This document shows, in pieces, positions 50,501 to 61,574 of a DNA stretch of 64,000 bases. A model generated the notes under the pieces. The model saw only the letters and a list, made by a program, of their open reading frames with translations, did no database searches and was not told where the DNA came from. The DNA lies in the NCBI RefSeq assembly GCF_006345805.1, contig NC_043023.1, positions 6,820,001 through 6,884,000 of the forward strand, read 5' to 3'. The DNA is from Octopus sinensis. Taxonomy: Eukaryota. Both the position numbers and the translations under genes were made by a program. Positions within the stretch are counted from its first letter, which is position 1. The number at the start of each line of letters is the position of its first letter.

Positions 50501-53500
50501 CACAGACACACATAATCTTATACTTTACGTATTTCTCAGTGAGATTCAGTTTATCTGATCAACAGAACAGCCTGGTTGTGAAATTAATGTGCAAGTGGCT
50601 GAGTATTCCACAGACACACATAATCTTATATTTTACGTATTTCTAAGTGAGATTCAGTTTATCTGATCAATAGAACAGCCTGGTTGTGAAATTAATGTGC
50701 AAATGGCTGAGTATTCCACAGACACACATAATCTTATACGTTACATATTTCTCAGTGAGATTCGGTTTATCTGATCAACAGAACAGCCTGGTTGTGAAAT
50801 TAACTTGCAAGTGGCTGAGCACTCCACAGACACTTGTACTCTGAACTTGAGGGAGATTTGGTGTGACACAAGATGTGACAAGGCCGGCCCTTTGAAATAC
50901 AGGTACTACTCATTTTTGCCAGCTGAGTGAACTGGAGCAACGTGAAATAAAGTGTCTTCCTCAAGGAGTCAACACATCGCCAGGAATTGAACTCATGATC
51001 TTACAATCGTGAGCCGAAGGCCCCTAACCACTAAGCCATACACCTTCACTTTTTGACACACTATAATTTAGTCAGCATGACAAAGAAGGCAGTCACTGGA
51101 TCTGCTCATAACAACAAGAGGACAGAATTCACAAGACACTTGTAATAAGTCATAACTTTTATTAAGCCCTTAATGGATTATCCCGAGTTTACTCGTGCAT
51201 TGCAAATGTATCTTTTTAGAACCAGACGAGTATGCTCGGTCAAAATAAGAGAATTATTTACGCACGAAGCCAGGAAGACCATCATCGATCCCACATCTAT
51301 CAAGATTTGCCCCAGCTGGTCACTTTCCCATGGAAATACCACCAAGTGATTAGGAAAAGAACCCTACAAGACTGTGTGCAAAATGTGCAGAGAAGAGAGA
51401 CACTAAAAGAAAGAAGATTCGAAGAGAAAGCAGATACATGTGTGATGTCTGCAAGATAACTTTGTGTGTAACTCCTTGTTTTAAAAATTATCATTCTTAA
51501 TAAACTGTCTATCTCATTTTAAAATTTTTCCTTTGATTTAAAAGCAATAAATCTTATAAAAAATTGAAGATAGTTAAGTTATATGCATTTTTTCAATGTC
51601 CGAGTTAACTTGTTTAACCCTTTCGTTACTAACCCGGCCAAAACTGCCTCTGGCTCTGTGGTAAAATGTCTTGTTTTCATAAGTTTTGAATTAAAAATCT
51701 TCCATCAAACCTCAGTCACAATTTATGTTCCTAACACTATCTTAATGATAACTAAGTTATTTTACTAAATTCTTTGTTATATTTAAAATAATTGAAAGAA
51801 ACACAGAGCATCTCAACAGAATACAGTAACGAAAGGGTTAAATCCAAATGAGTAAAAGTACATTTTAATTTCTATAATAAAAAATAAAGGAAGCAAGATA
51901 AAAAAAACTTTTTTTTGTAATTAACACAGTGTATATAATTAAAAAAGGAAATAAAAGATATACTCTGAAATGAAATGCCATGTTAAAATGATTGATTAAG
52001 GGGTTAATGGAGGTAATGCGTTCATATACAAGGTTAATGGAAGGAAGCCTATGACATTACATGAATATGTTCTGTTTGCAGTCATGTGTGCGAGGGAGCA
52101 TGAAGTTCAGCAGCTCGATCCAGTATGTTTGAAGGACCAACAGGTACTCAATGGCCCGAATTTCGAATTACTGTCCTTTATACAGGGATGGACCGGAATT
52201 CCCAAACTTCCACGTAAAACTGGAAGTTTCTAGAAGGATCTTGAACATTCTAGAAGCTCAGGGGAGATTACTCTCATTACATCCCTTTTCTGTTTTGCTT
52301 GGAGTCTCATATTAGGGTGCAGGAGGTGGAGGGACAGCCACATCATTAATATAATGTTCACTCTTCCATGCATGCATAACTAATATGAAATTCATTGAGG
52401 CAGTTTATTCTATGGCTGGGTGCCCTTGCTGTCACCAACCCTCAACATTCTAAAAAATGGCCAGTTTAACCCTTTAGCATTCAGATTACTCTGTCAAATG
52501 TAAAGCTTATTAATTCACATTGTTTGGAATTAGTAGAGAGAGAACAGGGTAAAGCTGTTAGAAGGATAGGTTGGTCAGGTGGATAAGGGGGAGAGGGAAG
52601 TATTGGTACCTGACCAGAGAGAGAGGGGAAGGGAGGAAGAGGGAGAAAAAGAAGGGAGAGAGAGAGGGGGAAGAGAAAAGAAGGGAGTGAGAGGGGAAGA
52701 GAGAGCGAAAAGAAGGGAGAGAGAGGGGAAGAGAGGAAGAGAGAGAAAAGAAGGGAGAGAAAAGGGAGAGAGAGGGGAAAGAGAGGCAGAAGGAGAGAGA
52801 GGGGAAGAGAGGAAGAGGGAGAGAGAGAAAAGAAGGGAGAGAGGGGAAGAAAAGATGGAGAGAGAGAGAAAAAGAAGGGAGAGAGAGAAAAAGAAGGGAG
52901 AGAGAGGAGAAGAGAGAGGAAGAGGGAGAGAAAAGAAGGGAGTGAGAGGGGAAGAGAGGAAGAGGGAGAGAGAGAAAAGGGAGAGAGAGGGGAAGAGAGG
53001 AAGACAGAGAGAGAGAGAGAGAGAGAGAAAGATGGAGAGAGGAAGAGAGAGAAAAGAGGGAGAGAGAGAAAAGGGAGAGAGAGAGGGGAAGGGAGGAAGA
53101 GGAGAGAGAGAGAGGGGAAGAGAGGAAGAGGGAGAGAGAGAAAAGGGAGAGAGAGGGGAAGAGAGGAAGAGAGAGAGAGAGAAAGATGGAGAGAGGAAGA
53201 GAGAGAGTGAGCAAGGATGAGAACAGAAACAGGTGTGATGCTGTAGAGGAGATACATGGTTCTCCAGCCAGAGGGAAGATCAAGAGAGAGTGAGAGAGAG
53301 AGAGAGAGAAGAAGAAGAAGATAGGAAGAGTGCAAGAGAGAGAGAGCAGGAGAAAGAAGAATGTACCATGTGGGCCAAAATAAGCGGAGCATAGCCGTGA
53401 AGTCATCCGGAACGTTATGTAAAGAAGGGAGAGTGAGAGGGGAAAGAAAAGATGGAGAGAGAGAAAAATAAGGGAGAGAGAGGGAAAGAGAGAGGAAGAG

Positions 53501-55249
53501 GGAGGGAGAAGATAAGGGAGGAAGAGGGAGAGAGAGAAAAGAAGGGAGAGAGAGGGGAAGGGAGGAAGAGGGAGAGAGAGAAAAGAAGGGAGAGAAAAGG
53601 GAGAGAGAGGGGAAGGGAGGAAGAGGGAGAGAGAGAAAAGGGAGAGAGAGGGGAACGTTATGGTCAGAGGAAGAGCCAGAAGGGACCATTAAGCAAGGTG
53701 TTGAGTTTGAGGGAGAGTTAGCAGAGTCGTTGTTAGGGGTGAGGTAGGTGTGGGGTGGGGGCATAGGGCTTAGCAGGGTGGACACTTGCTTACCTGACTG
53801 TAGCAGCCCAAAAGGATTCGACGTCTTTCGCTACGTTAATGTACGGAACATTCCTCAACATGATGCCGACAATGAGCATACCTGCGTCAAGAAAAGAAGC
53901 GGGGAAAAATTCGTTATATGATGTCGTTATCGTCGTCATCATCATTACAGTCATAATCATTCTCATCACCACCATGACCACCACCACCCTCATCATCATT
54001 GTCTTCACCACCACCACCACCAATACAGTCATAATCATTCTCATCACCACCCTGACCACCATCATCACCACCAGCATCATCATCATTGTCTTCACCACCA
54101 CCACTACCATCATCACCACCACCACCACAACCATCACCACCATCATCATCACCACCACCACCACCATCATAATTAGTCATAATCATTCTCATCACCACCA
54201 TGACCACCACCACCACCATCATAATCATTGTCTTCACCACCATCACCACCACCATCATCATTACAGACATCATTATTGTCATCACCACCACCACCACCAT
54301 CATCATTACAGTCATAATCATATCATCTTCATCATCACTATTGTCGTCATCATCGTTATCATCATCCTTATCAGTTTTGTCATTATCATTGTCATCACCA
54401 TCATGGTCATCGTCATTTTAACATCCAATTTCCATGCAAATTCTGTCTGATTCATGAAAACATTGGGTCAAACGGAATTTGTTGAGGCAAATGGTCAGTA
54501 GCCAGATGCCTTCCCTGCCACTTACCATCGCCTGTTTCCAACCAAATTAATACTTCCCAATATTCAGACAAAATAATAATTATGATGATGATAATAATAA
54601 ATGCCCTGATGCAGTACCAAACAGTGGCTCTCATGGCTTCTGATCTTAACTGATTGGAAGTGTTATCATGTACATTGTTTTGTCTTGGTATAAAAGATGG
54701 GCTACAGCAAATATTCTGCTCAATACCACAGATTTGCTTGTCAGTTGTTTGACCTTAACCAGTTGACCATGTCCCTTAGTGGCTGACAATATGTGCATCT
54801 CTGGTCACGAGCAGAAGTAGTGGGGGAGCATCATAACCATGTGTTGAGAGGGATTCTTTGGGGTTGGAATAATTCCCCTGTGGAAACATGGGGGGTTTCA
54901 TTCAACATCCTTAAACAATCCTTATTCAGTGACCTTTTGAGTAGGATGGGCTACTGGACCTGAAAGAAATTCTAACTGGGCTCCACCTGCAAGGTCATGA
55001 GCTGTTCATCTTGATATGAGATCACCATGTCGCGCACATATGGTTGTGATGCATGTGCCTGGTGTACCCTTATCAGACGGGTAGTCATGATGGGAATCCC
55101 AGTGTTCAACTGGTACTTATTTTATCGACTCCGAAAGGATGAAAGACAAAGTCAACCTCGGTAGAATTTGGACTTAGAATGCAGTGATGGGCCTAATCAT
55201 TTCATCCAGTGTGCTAATGATTCTTCCAGCTCACCACCTTAATAATAAC

Positions 55250-55281
<32 letters not shown>

Positions 55282-56151
55282 CAACAACAATAGTCCTTTC
55301 TACTAAAGGCACATGGCCAGGAATTTGGGGTGTAGGGAGTAGTTGATTACATCAACCCCAGTGCGTAACTGGTACTTAATTTATTGACCCCGAAAGGATG
55401 AAAGGCAAGGTCGACTCCGGCAGCATTTGAACTCAGAACTTGAAGACAAACGAAATACCTATTTCTTTATTACCCACAAGGGGCTAAACACAGAGGGGAC
55501 AAACAAGGACAGACATAGGTATTAAGTCGATTACATCGACCCCAATGCGTAACTGGTACTTAATTTATCGACCCCAAAAGGATGAAAGGCAAAGTCAACT
55601 CCGGCAGCATTTGAACTCAGAACTTGAAGACAGACGAAATACCGCAAAGCATTTCGCTTGGCATGCTAACGATTCTGCCAGCTTGCTGCCTTAATAATAA
55701 TCATCATCATCATCATCATCATCATTTAGCGTCCGCTTTCCATGCTAGCATAGGTTGGACGGTTCGACCAGGATCTGGAAAGCCAGGAGGCTGCACCAGG
55801 CTCCAGTCTTGATCTGGCAGAGTTTCTACAGCTGGATGCTCTTCCTAACGCCAACCACTCCGTGAGTGTAGTGGGTGCTTTCTATGTGCCACCGGCACAG
55901 GTGCCAGGCGGGGCTGGCAATGGCCACGATCGGATTGGTGCTTTTTACGTGCCACCCCCACAGGTGCCAGGCGAGGCTGGCAACGGCCACGATCAGATTG
56001 GTGCTTTTTTACGTGCCACTGGCACGGAAGGCAGTCAAGGCGGCGCTGGCATAGGCCACGTTCGGATGGTGCTTTTTACGTGCCACGGGCACAGGTATCA
56101 CAACTACAATTTCCATTGATTTTTGATGTTGGTGTACTTGACTCAATATAA

Positions 56152-56195
<44 letters not shown>

Positions 56196-56302
56196 TAATA
56201 ATAATGATAATGATAATAATAATAATAATGATATTAATGATGATAATAATAATAATAATGATATTAATGATGATAATAATAATAATAATGATAATAATAA
56301 TA

Positions 56303-56333
<31 letters not shown>

Positions 56334-56347
56334 TGATATTAATGATG

Positions 56348-56378
<31 letters not shown>

Positions 56379-56873
56379 TAATAATAATAATAATAATAAT
56401 AATATAATAATAATGCTATACTCACCAAGTAAAGGGGGTAACTTAAGGAACTGTATAATGTATCCACCTGTAATGCAGGCAGTAAAAACTACCCACAGAG
56501 CAAATATGTTGGACCCAGGAAGGGCTGCACTGCCCAATATTGACACTAGAGCTACAAACAGAAGGGCAAACATCAGTACACTTGTAATATATAATCCGAG
56601 AAGACCTTGTGGTGGGCACATTAGGGCATTCTTGAAACGTTGGCATCGGGTTGGGTTTTCTGGCAAAGGGTTCTCAGCCCTGCCGAAGACAGCATTGAGA
56701 GACTGGCCGACCCTGTGACAGAACAAAAAACAGGGCCCGGATGAAGCCCTCGTTGTGCTCTTCATCTGCAGTTTCTGCTGTTCAATTTCATCTTCTGCGT
56801 ACCCTTCCTTGTCTCCAATGAAGCTCTTCCTCGGACCCGGAGAAGAAGGGGTCACACCAGTGTGGGTGGTCAT
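30601..56873 (-). CDS. SLC9B2: SLC9B/NHA-family (NHA2-like) sodium/hydrogen antiporter; 10 coding exons, 561 aa; join(complement) 56426-56873, 53794-53881, 49806-49988, 47761-47936, 45139-45245, 40496-40660, 37257-37365, 34809-34945, 33870-33944, 30601-30798
   Basis: Manual splicing gives GT-AG introns with compatible phases (1,2,2,1,0,0,1,0,0) and a 1686-nt CDS. Family motifs: LPPLLGMLIVG, ILIRAGLGL, AAVSPAVVVP, KGIPTLVIAAASIDDVLAI (the cation-binding DD), FQPLLFGLIGAEV, WLPKATVQAAIG, ILITAPIG. SLC9B1 versus SLC9B2 orthology is not resolved. Confidence 0.93.
30846..32112. repeat. About 107-bp AT-rich minisatellite built from 11-12-bp GAATTYAYAA(A)T subunits, in the last intron
   Basis: Period 107 (e.g. 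31191 to 31298), about 12 copies, many EcoRI sites. Confidence 0.95.
33870..33944 (-). CDS. SLC9B2: SLC9B-like coding exon 9 (AAIGSVALSTAREKKHPELEAYGLT)
   Basis: CACAG acceptor, GTAAGT donor; 75 nt, phase 0 to 0. Confidence 0.92.
34096..34745. mobile_element. Rearranged family A SINE with a local inverted duplication (156-bp arms at 34096-34251 and 34271-34426)
   Basis: Both arms share private variants (cacatggc, aggagacac, gttgttaagc). Confidence 0.85.
34809..34945 (-). CDS. SLC9B2: SLC9B-like coding exon 8 (GYGIATLCVGLLFRTLVAYLAVCGTDLLRKEKLFVALAWLPKATVQ)
   Basis: CTGCAG acceptor, GTAAGT donor; 137 nt; KEKLF..AWLPKATVQ motif. Confidence 0.94.
35291..35540 (-). mobile_element. RTE LINE 3' end fragment
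   Basis: GGQRKTWLMTVKADL...LASNRQAW remnant and (CAAGT)n tail. Confidence 0.6.
36340..36660 (+). mobile_element. tRNA-derived SINE, family E; reverse-strand relatives at about 50200-51050
   Basis: TGGCTTAGTGG (A box), GAGTTCGATTCC (B box), TGTCCTTGAGCAAGACACTT. Confidence 0.75.
37257..37365 (-). CDS. SLC9B2: SLC9B-like coding exon 7 (DFISNSTAVLWLIFQPLLFGLIGAEVEMDELNMKTIG)
   Basis: TTTGCAG acceptor, GTATGT donor; 109 nt; W.IFQPLLFGLIGAE motif. Confidence 0.93.
37397..38390 (+). mobile_element. Family A SINE with its 5' ~290 bp tandemly triplicated
   Basis: Heads restart at about 37397, 37690 and 37981; only the last copy has the 3' tail. Confidence 0.85.
39050..40420 (+). mobile_element. 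RTE-clade LINE fragment: APE endonuclease region with an in-frame stop at 39661-39665; RT absent
   Basis: GTLNVGTL, CIQEVRW, SAYAPQ, GDFNGHVG, RNEEG, QIDYIL, QHRLVV, TWWWN motifs. Confidence 0.85.
40496..40660 (-). CDS. SLC9B2: SLC9B-like coding exon 6 (NNSIFLRGFLLYAIGLAGVLGS...GTGPLLCLTVAFVAAFGWRKKKELKVL)
   Basis: TTTCAG acceptor, GTAAGT donor; 165 nt; G.G.L..L..AF.A..GW motif. Confidence 0.9.
40948..41540 (-). mobile_element. RTE (BovB-like) LINE 3' end, degenerate
   Basis: FELWCWRRLL.IPWT, RLAYFGHIM...LEKDIMLG...RGRGQPRIRWLD...DRTDWR. Confidence 0.85.
41909..43450 (+). repeat. Tandem duplication of a 771-bp AT-rich unit containing an internal fold-back and a degenerate hammerhead-like motif
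   Basis: GAAACAGCTGTAAGTGA occurs at 42008 and 42779; the two copies are nearly identical. Confidence 0.9.
43730..44231 (-). mobile_element. Non-autonomous Helitron (same family as 22205), nested in a second Helitron-like element at about 43472-44323
   Basis: Near-identical to 22205-22714, with TC...CTAG ends. Confidence 0.8.
45139..45245 (-). CDS. SLC9B2: SLC9B-like coding exon 5 (GNIVWSIFKGPLEALLGIVLGALFGVLLWYIPPRKQ)
   Basis: T-tract plus ACAG acceptor, GTCAGT donor; 107 nt; GPLE motif. Confidence 0.92.
45280..46070 (-). mobile_element. Tandem array of about four family C SINE units next to the exon 5 acceptor
   Basis: Repeated atttctttactacccacaaggggctaaac... units about 185-200 bp apart. 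Confidence 0.8.
46267..47697. repeat. 54-bp minisatellite, about 26 copies, in intron 4
   Basis: Unit tagagtggtgtgtcttgtctaaggtttacagctgaggttgactgaggggacaag. Confidence 0.95.
47761..47936 (-). CDS. SLC9B2: SLC9B-like coding exon 4 (FVIAAVSPAVVVP...AAASIDDVLAITGFGVVLGIAFSEG)
   Basis: Contains the conserved DD motif; CAG acceptor and GTAAGC donor; 176 nt. Confidence 0.95.
49806..49988 (-). CDS. SLC9B2: SLC9B-like coding exon 3 (NTALTVILIRAGLGLNPVALRKLSFAVIRLAFCPCLAEALVATVASHFFLGQPWIWGLMLG)
   Basis: Polypyrimidine tract plus CAG acceptor, GTAAGT donor; 183 nt. Translated by hand; this frame is not in the ORF track. Confidence 0.93.
51166..52003 (+). mobile_element. Non-autonomous piggyBac derivative retaining the C-terminal cysteine-rich domain
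   Basis: TTAA flanks and cccttaat/attaagggg termini. 51322-51500 translates HFP...PTRLCAKC...RRESRYMCDVCKITLCVTPCFKNYH with one internal stop. Confidence 0.8.
51618..51837. mobile_element. piggyBac-type MITE nested in the element above
   Basis: Perfect TIR ccctttcgttact/agtaacgaaaggg with TTAA TSD. Confidence 0.85.
52615..53655. repeat. Polypurine (GA-rich) low-complexity tract
   Basis: Almost only G and A on the + strand, apart from about 53210-53425. Confidence 0.9.
53794..53881 (-). CDS. SLC9B2: SLC9B-like coding exon 2 (GMLIVGIMLRNVPYINVAKDVESFWAATVR)
   Basis: Acceptor CAG at 53884-53882, donor GTAAGC; 88 nt, phase 1 to 2. Confidence 0.92.
53920..54415. repeat. (CAT/CAC)n compound microsatellite
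   Basis: Direct inspection. Confidence 0.9.
56151..56413. repeat. (AAT/GAT)n microsatellite next to the exon 1 donor
   Basis: Direct inspection. Confidence 0.95.
56426..56873 (-). CDS. SLC9B2: SLC9B-like coding exon 1 (MTTHTG...CPPQGLLG...FLKLPPLLG)
   Basis: ATG at 56873; donor GTGAGT at 56425; candidate acceptor AG at 56895-56894. The CPP.G and LPPLLG motifs are typical of NHA proteins. Confidence 0.88.
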
Positions 56874-57645
56874 CGTTGGGTTTTGTGGAATTGCTGGTTT
56901 ATAATCACAGATAATGTTATCAGATGGTTATTGTTATCAAAATCAGTTGGTCCCAAATACATTCAATATATTATTGTAACTTCTGCTTAATATTATCAAC
57001 TGGTTAGTGTTATCTTAAAGGCTCCATCCTAAAGTGATAACACTACACAGCTTCCACTGTGTATGCATGTCTACATATGTACGCATGTGCTTATATATCG
57101 GTGTGTGTATATAATTAATATATACATATATAAATTATATATATATGCACATATGTGTGTGTGTATTATGTATATATTTAGAAGAGTAACATAGTAAAGA
57201 TTTCACAAATGTTTCATAATCTGATTCTGAATTCTACAGCTGTTTCAACACTGTTTTACAGCATCATTGATATGATTACTTAATTGATATGCAAAAACCA
57301 CACAATTAATTTAAATGTGATGAATAAATCACTTCATCTGGAGGTAAAATGATTGCTTTAGCATAATATATTGGAGTCCAGTGATATGTTGATGACTGAG
57401 ATTGTAAAATCCAGTGGATATATTTTACAGTGAGAGAATTCAAATTTAAAAAATTAGATGCATATATATATATATATACATATATATACATATAAAGGTA
57501 TTTTTATTTATATATTAGTTCTTTAGAGTCTTCCTGCCATTATATATTATATATGTGTGTATTTATAGTTTTGTTCGTTATTTTTAAAATTGTTGTTTTA
57601 TGACATCAGGTGGAAATGTTCTGAGCATTTTTGCAAAAGGTTTAC

Positions 57646-57683
57646 TGTTGCGCCAACCAGTACATTAAGGGTGAAGCGGGCAC
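57646..57683 (-). other. Candidate 5'UTR exon of the SLC9B-like gene
   Basis: Strong polypyrimidine plus CAG acceptor at 57686-57684 and a GC-richer island, but only a weak GTAAAC donor. It has a stop in the frame of the main ATG. Confidence 0.35.
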
Positions 57684-57746
57684 CTGAAAAAAAAAGAAAA
57701 TTAAAAGGGCTGAAATTAAGGTACAAAACAATAATTTGCAGTATGA

Positions 57747-58037
57747 ATGAATAACAATAATAATAATAATGATAATAATAATGATAATAATAATAATGAT
57801 AATAATAATAATGATAATAATAATAATAATAATAATGATAATAATAATAATAATAATAATGATAATAATAATAATGATAATAATAAGAATAATAATAATA
57901 ATGATAATAATAATAATAATCATAATAATAATAATGATAATAATAATAATGATAATAATAGTAATAATAATAATGATAATAATAATAATAATGATAATAA
58001 TAATAATGATAATAATAATAATAATAATAATAATGAC

Positions 58038-58084
<47 letters not shown>

Positions 58085-58127
58085 TGATAATAATAATAAC
58101 AATAATATTAATAATAATTAATAATAA

Positions 58128-58161
<34 letters not shown>

Positions 58162-58209
58162 TAATAATAATAATGATAATAATAATAATGATAATAATAA
58201 TAAATAATA

Positions 58210-58240
<31 letters not shown>

Positions 58241-58250
58241 AATAATAATA
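57747..58250. repeat. (AAT/GAT)n microsatellite
   Basis: Direct inspection. Confidence 0.95.
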
Positions 58251-58253
58251 CAA

Positions 58254-58830
58254 ATGCCCTGATGCAGTACCAATGCCCTGATGCAGTACCAGACAGTGGC
58301 TCTCAAGGCTTCTGATCTTAACTGATTGGAAGTGTTATCATGTACATTGTTTTGTCTTGGTATAAAAGATGGGCTACAGCAAATATTCTGCTCAATACCA
58401 CAGATTTGCTTGTCAGTTGTTTGACCTTAACCAGTTGAGCATGTCTCTTGGTGGCTGATGATATGTGCATCTCTGATCACGAGCAGAAGTAGTGGGGGAG
58501 CATCATAGCCATGTGTTGAGAGGGATTCTTTGGGGTTTGAATAGTTCACCTCTGGAAACATAGGTGTTTCGTTCAACATCCTAAAGCAACCCTTATTCAG
58601 GGACCTTTTGATCAGGATGGGCTACTCGACCAGAAGAAAATTCTAAGTGGGCCCCACCTGCAAGGTCATACGCTGTTTATCTTGATATGAGATCACCATG
58701 TCGCGCATATATGGTTGTGATGCATGTGCCTGGTGTACCCTTATCAGACGGGTAGTCACGATGGGTATATTGGGCTTTGTATATTTTACCCCAGTGTCAC
58801 TTTGATGGCATGAACTGCTCTCTCAATCAA
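58254..58830 (+). mobile_element. About 570-bp interspersed repeat embedded in (TAA)n; second copy at about 54598-55095
   Basis: Two highly similar copies, both starting in AAT microsatellite; the full copy ends in ctctcaatc(aat)n. Confidence 0.7.
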
Positions 58831-59664
58831 TAATAATAAAAATAAAAAGATCAGGCATGGCTGTGGTAAGAAGCTTGCTTCCCAACCACATGAATCTGGG
58901 TTCAGTCCCACTGCATGACACCTTGGGTAAGTGTCTTCTACAGTAGTCTTTGGCCAACCAAAGCCTTGTGAGTGGATCTGGTAGACAGAAACTGAAAGAA
59001 GCCCGTTGTATGTATGTGTCAGTGTGTGTGTGTGTCTTTGTGCCTGTTTTTGTCCCCCACCCCCATCACTTGACAACAGGTGTTGGTGTATTTACATCCC
59101 CATATGCAGTAAAAGAAAATACATATAGGTGTAAGAGTGGCTGTGTGGTAAGTAGGTTGCTAACGAACCACATGGTTCCTTGGGCAAGTGTCTTCTACTA
59201 TCGCCTTGGGCCGACCAAAGCCTTGTGAGTGGTTTTGGTAGACGGAAACTGAAAGAAGCCCGTCATATATATGTGTGTGTGTATATATATATATATATGT
59301 ATGTATGTGTGTGTGTATGTTTGTGTGTCTGTGTTTGTCACATCAAAATCATTTGACAACAGATGCTGGTATGTTTATGTCCCCGTAACTTAGCGGTTCG
59401 GCAAAAGAGACAGATAGATGTTGGGGGGACAAACACAGAAACACAAACACACACACATATATTATATATATATATATATATACATATATACGACGGGCTT
59501 CTTTCAGTTTCTGTCTACCAAATCCTTCACAAGGATCTGGTCGGCCTGAGGCTATAGTAGAATACACTTACCCAAGGTGCCACGCAGTGGGACTGAACCC
59601 AGAACCATGTGGTTGGTAAGCAAGCTACTTAGCACACAGTCACTCCTGTGCCTATGTTTTATAT

Positions 59665-59708
<44 letters not shown>

Positions 59709-60034
59709 GTATGTATGTATACAAAGTATGTGGGTGTGGTTCACAGGTAATCTAAACGATTAGGTATGCTAGGTAAGTGCTGTAACAGATTACTAGGGCT
59801 CCAAGGTTACACCCAACATGGTAGTTATGGAGCCATACAGGTGCCAGTAGCTTGCTTGAAGCATTGTGTATTGCTTGTGAAATATAACGTGTCTTGAATG
59901 GCACAACAATACTGAGTGGATTATAATAAGGTGTCTTAGATTTCATTATTCATAGTCTGACTATGAATAATGAAATTATAACAGTTATTATAATCCACTC
60001 TGCAGTGTTGTGCCATTCAAGACACATTATATTT

Positions 60035-60115
<81 letters not shown>

Positions 60116-61073
60116 CGTGACCGACCAGGCCATCAGATGTTGTTACACATCGCTGGTCACAATGCGCTTCACATTGTTTTAGCCTTCAAATGACGCCACC
60201 CTGCTGGCTAAGCGAGCAGGCCAACAGAAGAAAGAGTGAGAGAAAGTTGTGGCGAAAGAGTACAGCAGGGATCGCCACCACCCCCAGCCGGAGCCACATG
60301 GAGCTTTAGGTGTTTTCGCTTAATAAACACTCACAACGCCCGGTCTGGGAATCGAAACCACGATCCTACGACCGTGAGTCCGCTGCCCTAACCACTGGAC
60401 CATTGCGCCTCCACACACACACATATATATATATGTATAACTAAAAATAAGGGTGTCTGAGAGACACCACCATGCCGAAATAGCAGTCAAATCCCTGACT
60501 TTAAAAACCACGTTAAATGTTCATATCGCACCATGAGATAAGACAGAGACAAAATAGACCACCAAAAAGATATTACTGAATAGTTCAAGATCCTGGATTT
60601 CATACATGCATGCATGCGTGCATGCATGCATACATACATACATGTATATATACGCACACACACATATACAGTAGAATTAGAAATAGAAAATATTTGGCAT
60701 ATTTTTATATATTTGAAAAAATGGATAGAAATGGCTTTTCTGATAAATTTTCCGCTTTAAAAATTCGATGTTTATAAGACATGTGGGTGTGTAAATATAT
60801 ATATACATACATATATGTTTGTAAATATAAATATATATATTGATGATGATGTATATAAAAACTCATACACACACACACACACATACATATATAGACACAC
60901 ACATATATGTATGTTTGTAAATATATATAACACACACACACACACACACACATATATAAGAATAATATTAACGATAAAGAGTATGAAGACTTGTACATCC
61001 ACTAAGTTTATTTCATAGTTATATATCCCTCCAAATTCACTATTATGAATAAATAAATATATATATATATATA

Positions 61074-61397
61074 TCTTTATATATAAAAGTCAAGTTGTGT
61101 GTCTGTCTCCTACGATTTAGATTCCTCCCACATTTTGCGGTGCAGTGTAACCAAAACCGGGTATCTTATAGTCGTGATTCATATCGAGCCCTTCTGGGTA
61201 TTACCGCGCGTCAACGATGAGTCTATGATTTTAAAAATAATTTACCATCATTTTTTTCCATTTTAATGCATTTTTTCGCTATTATAAAAATGTTTACGAT
61301 GAGTCAACGATTTAAAAAATTTTTGCTATTTTTTGGCTATAACTCTCTAAAAATGCTTATATAGTTATTTCCCTTACAAACCCGAGCGAAACTGCTA

Positions 61398-61398
<1 letters not shown>
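61074..61398 (+). mobile_element. Deleted relative of the same Helitron family
   Basis: TC start, shared internal sequence, CTAG end in (TA)n. Confidence 0.7.
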
Positions 61399-61440
<42 letters not shown>

Positions 61441-61539
61441 TAATCCAAACATGAAAACACAAAGAGCAAACACAACAACGCGAGGACGTGGAACAAATAT
61501 AGTATTATTGGACGCTCAGGAAGGAAGGAAAGAAGGAGG

Positions 61540-61574
61540 GTTTAACATTTCGAGCGGAGCTCTTCGTCAGAAAC
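61540..61574 (-). ncRNA. Minimal hammerhead-ribozyme-like motif with an extra A after A9
   Basis: gttt CTGACGA A gagc-tcc-gctc GAAA tg TT aaac; related degenerate copies at 23065-23100 (+) and 44375-44410 (+). Confidence 0.6.

Noticed and set aside
53360-53425. LHNVPDDFTAMLRLFWPTW, faintly like exon 2 (LRNVPYINVAKDVESFW), as a possible mutually exclusive exon
   Set aside because: Similarity is too weak, and no phase-compatible splice sites were identified.
52481-54450. Long ORFs (434, 282, 213 and 203 aa) rich in L/S/P, R/E/G or H/T/I
   Set aside because: They are artefacts of GA-rich and CAT/CAC simple repeats; only 53794-53881 is a real exon.
56076-58306. Poly-Ile, poly-Asn, poly-Leu and poly-Tyr ORFs
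   Set aside because: They are (AAT)n microsatellite translations; only 56426-56873 is coding.
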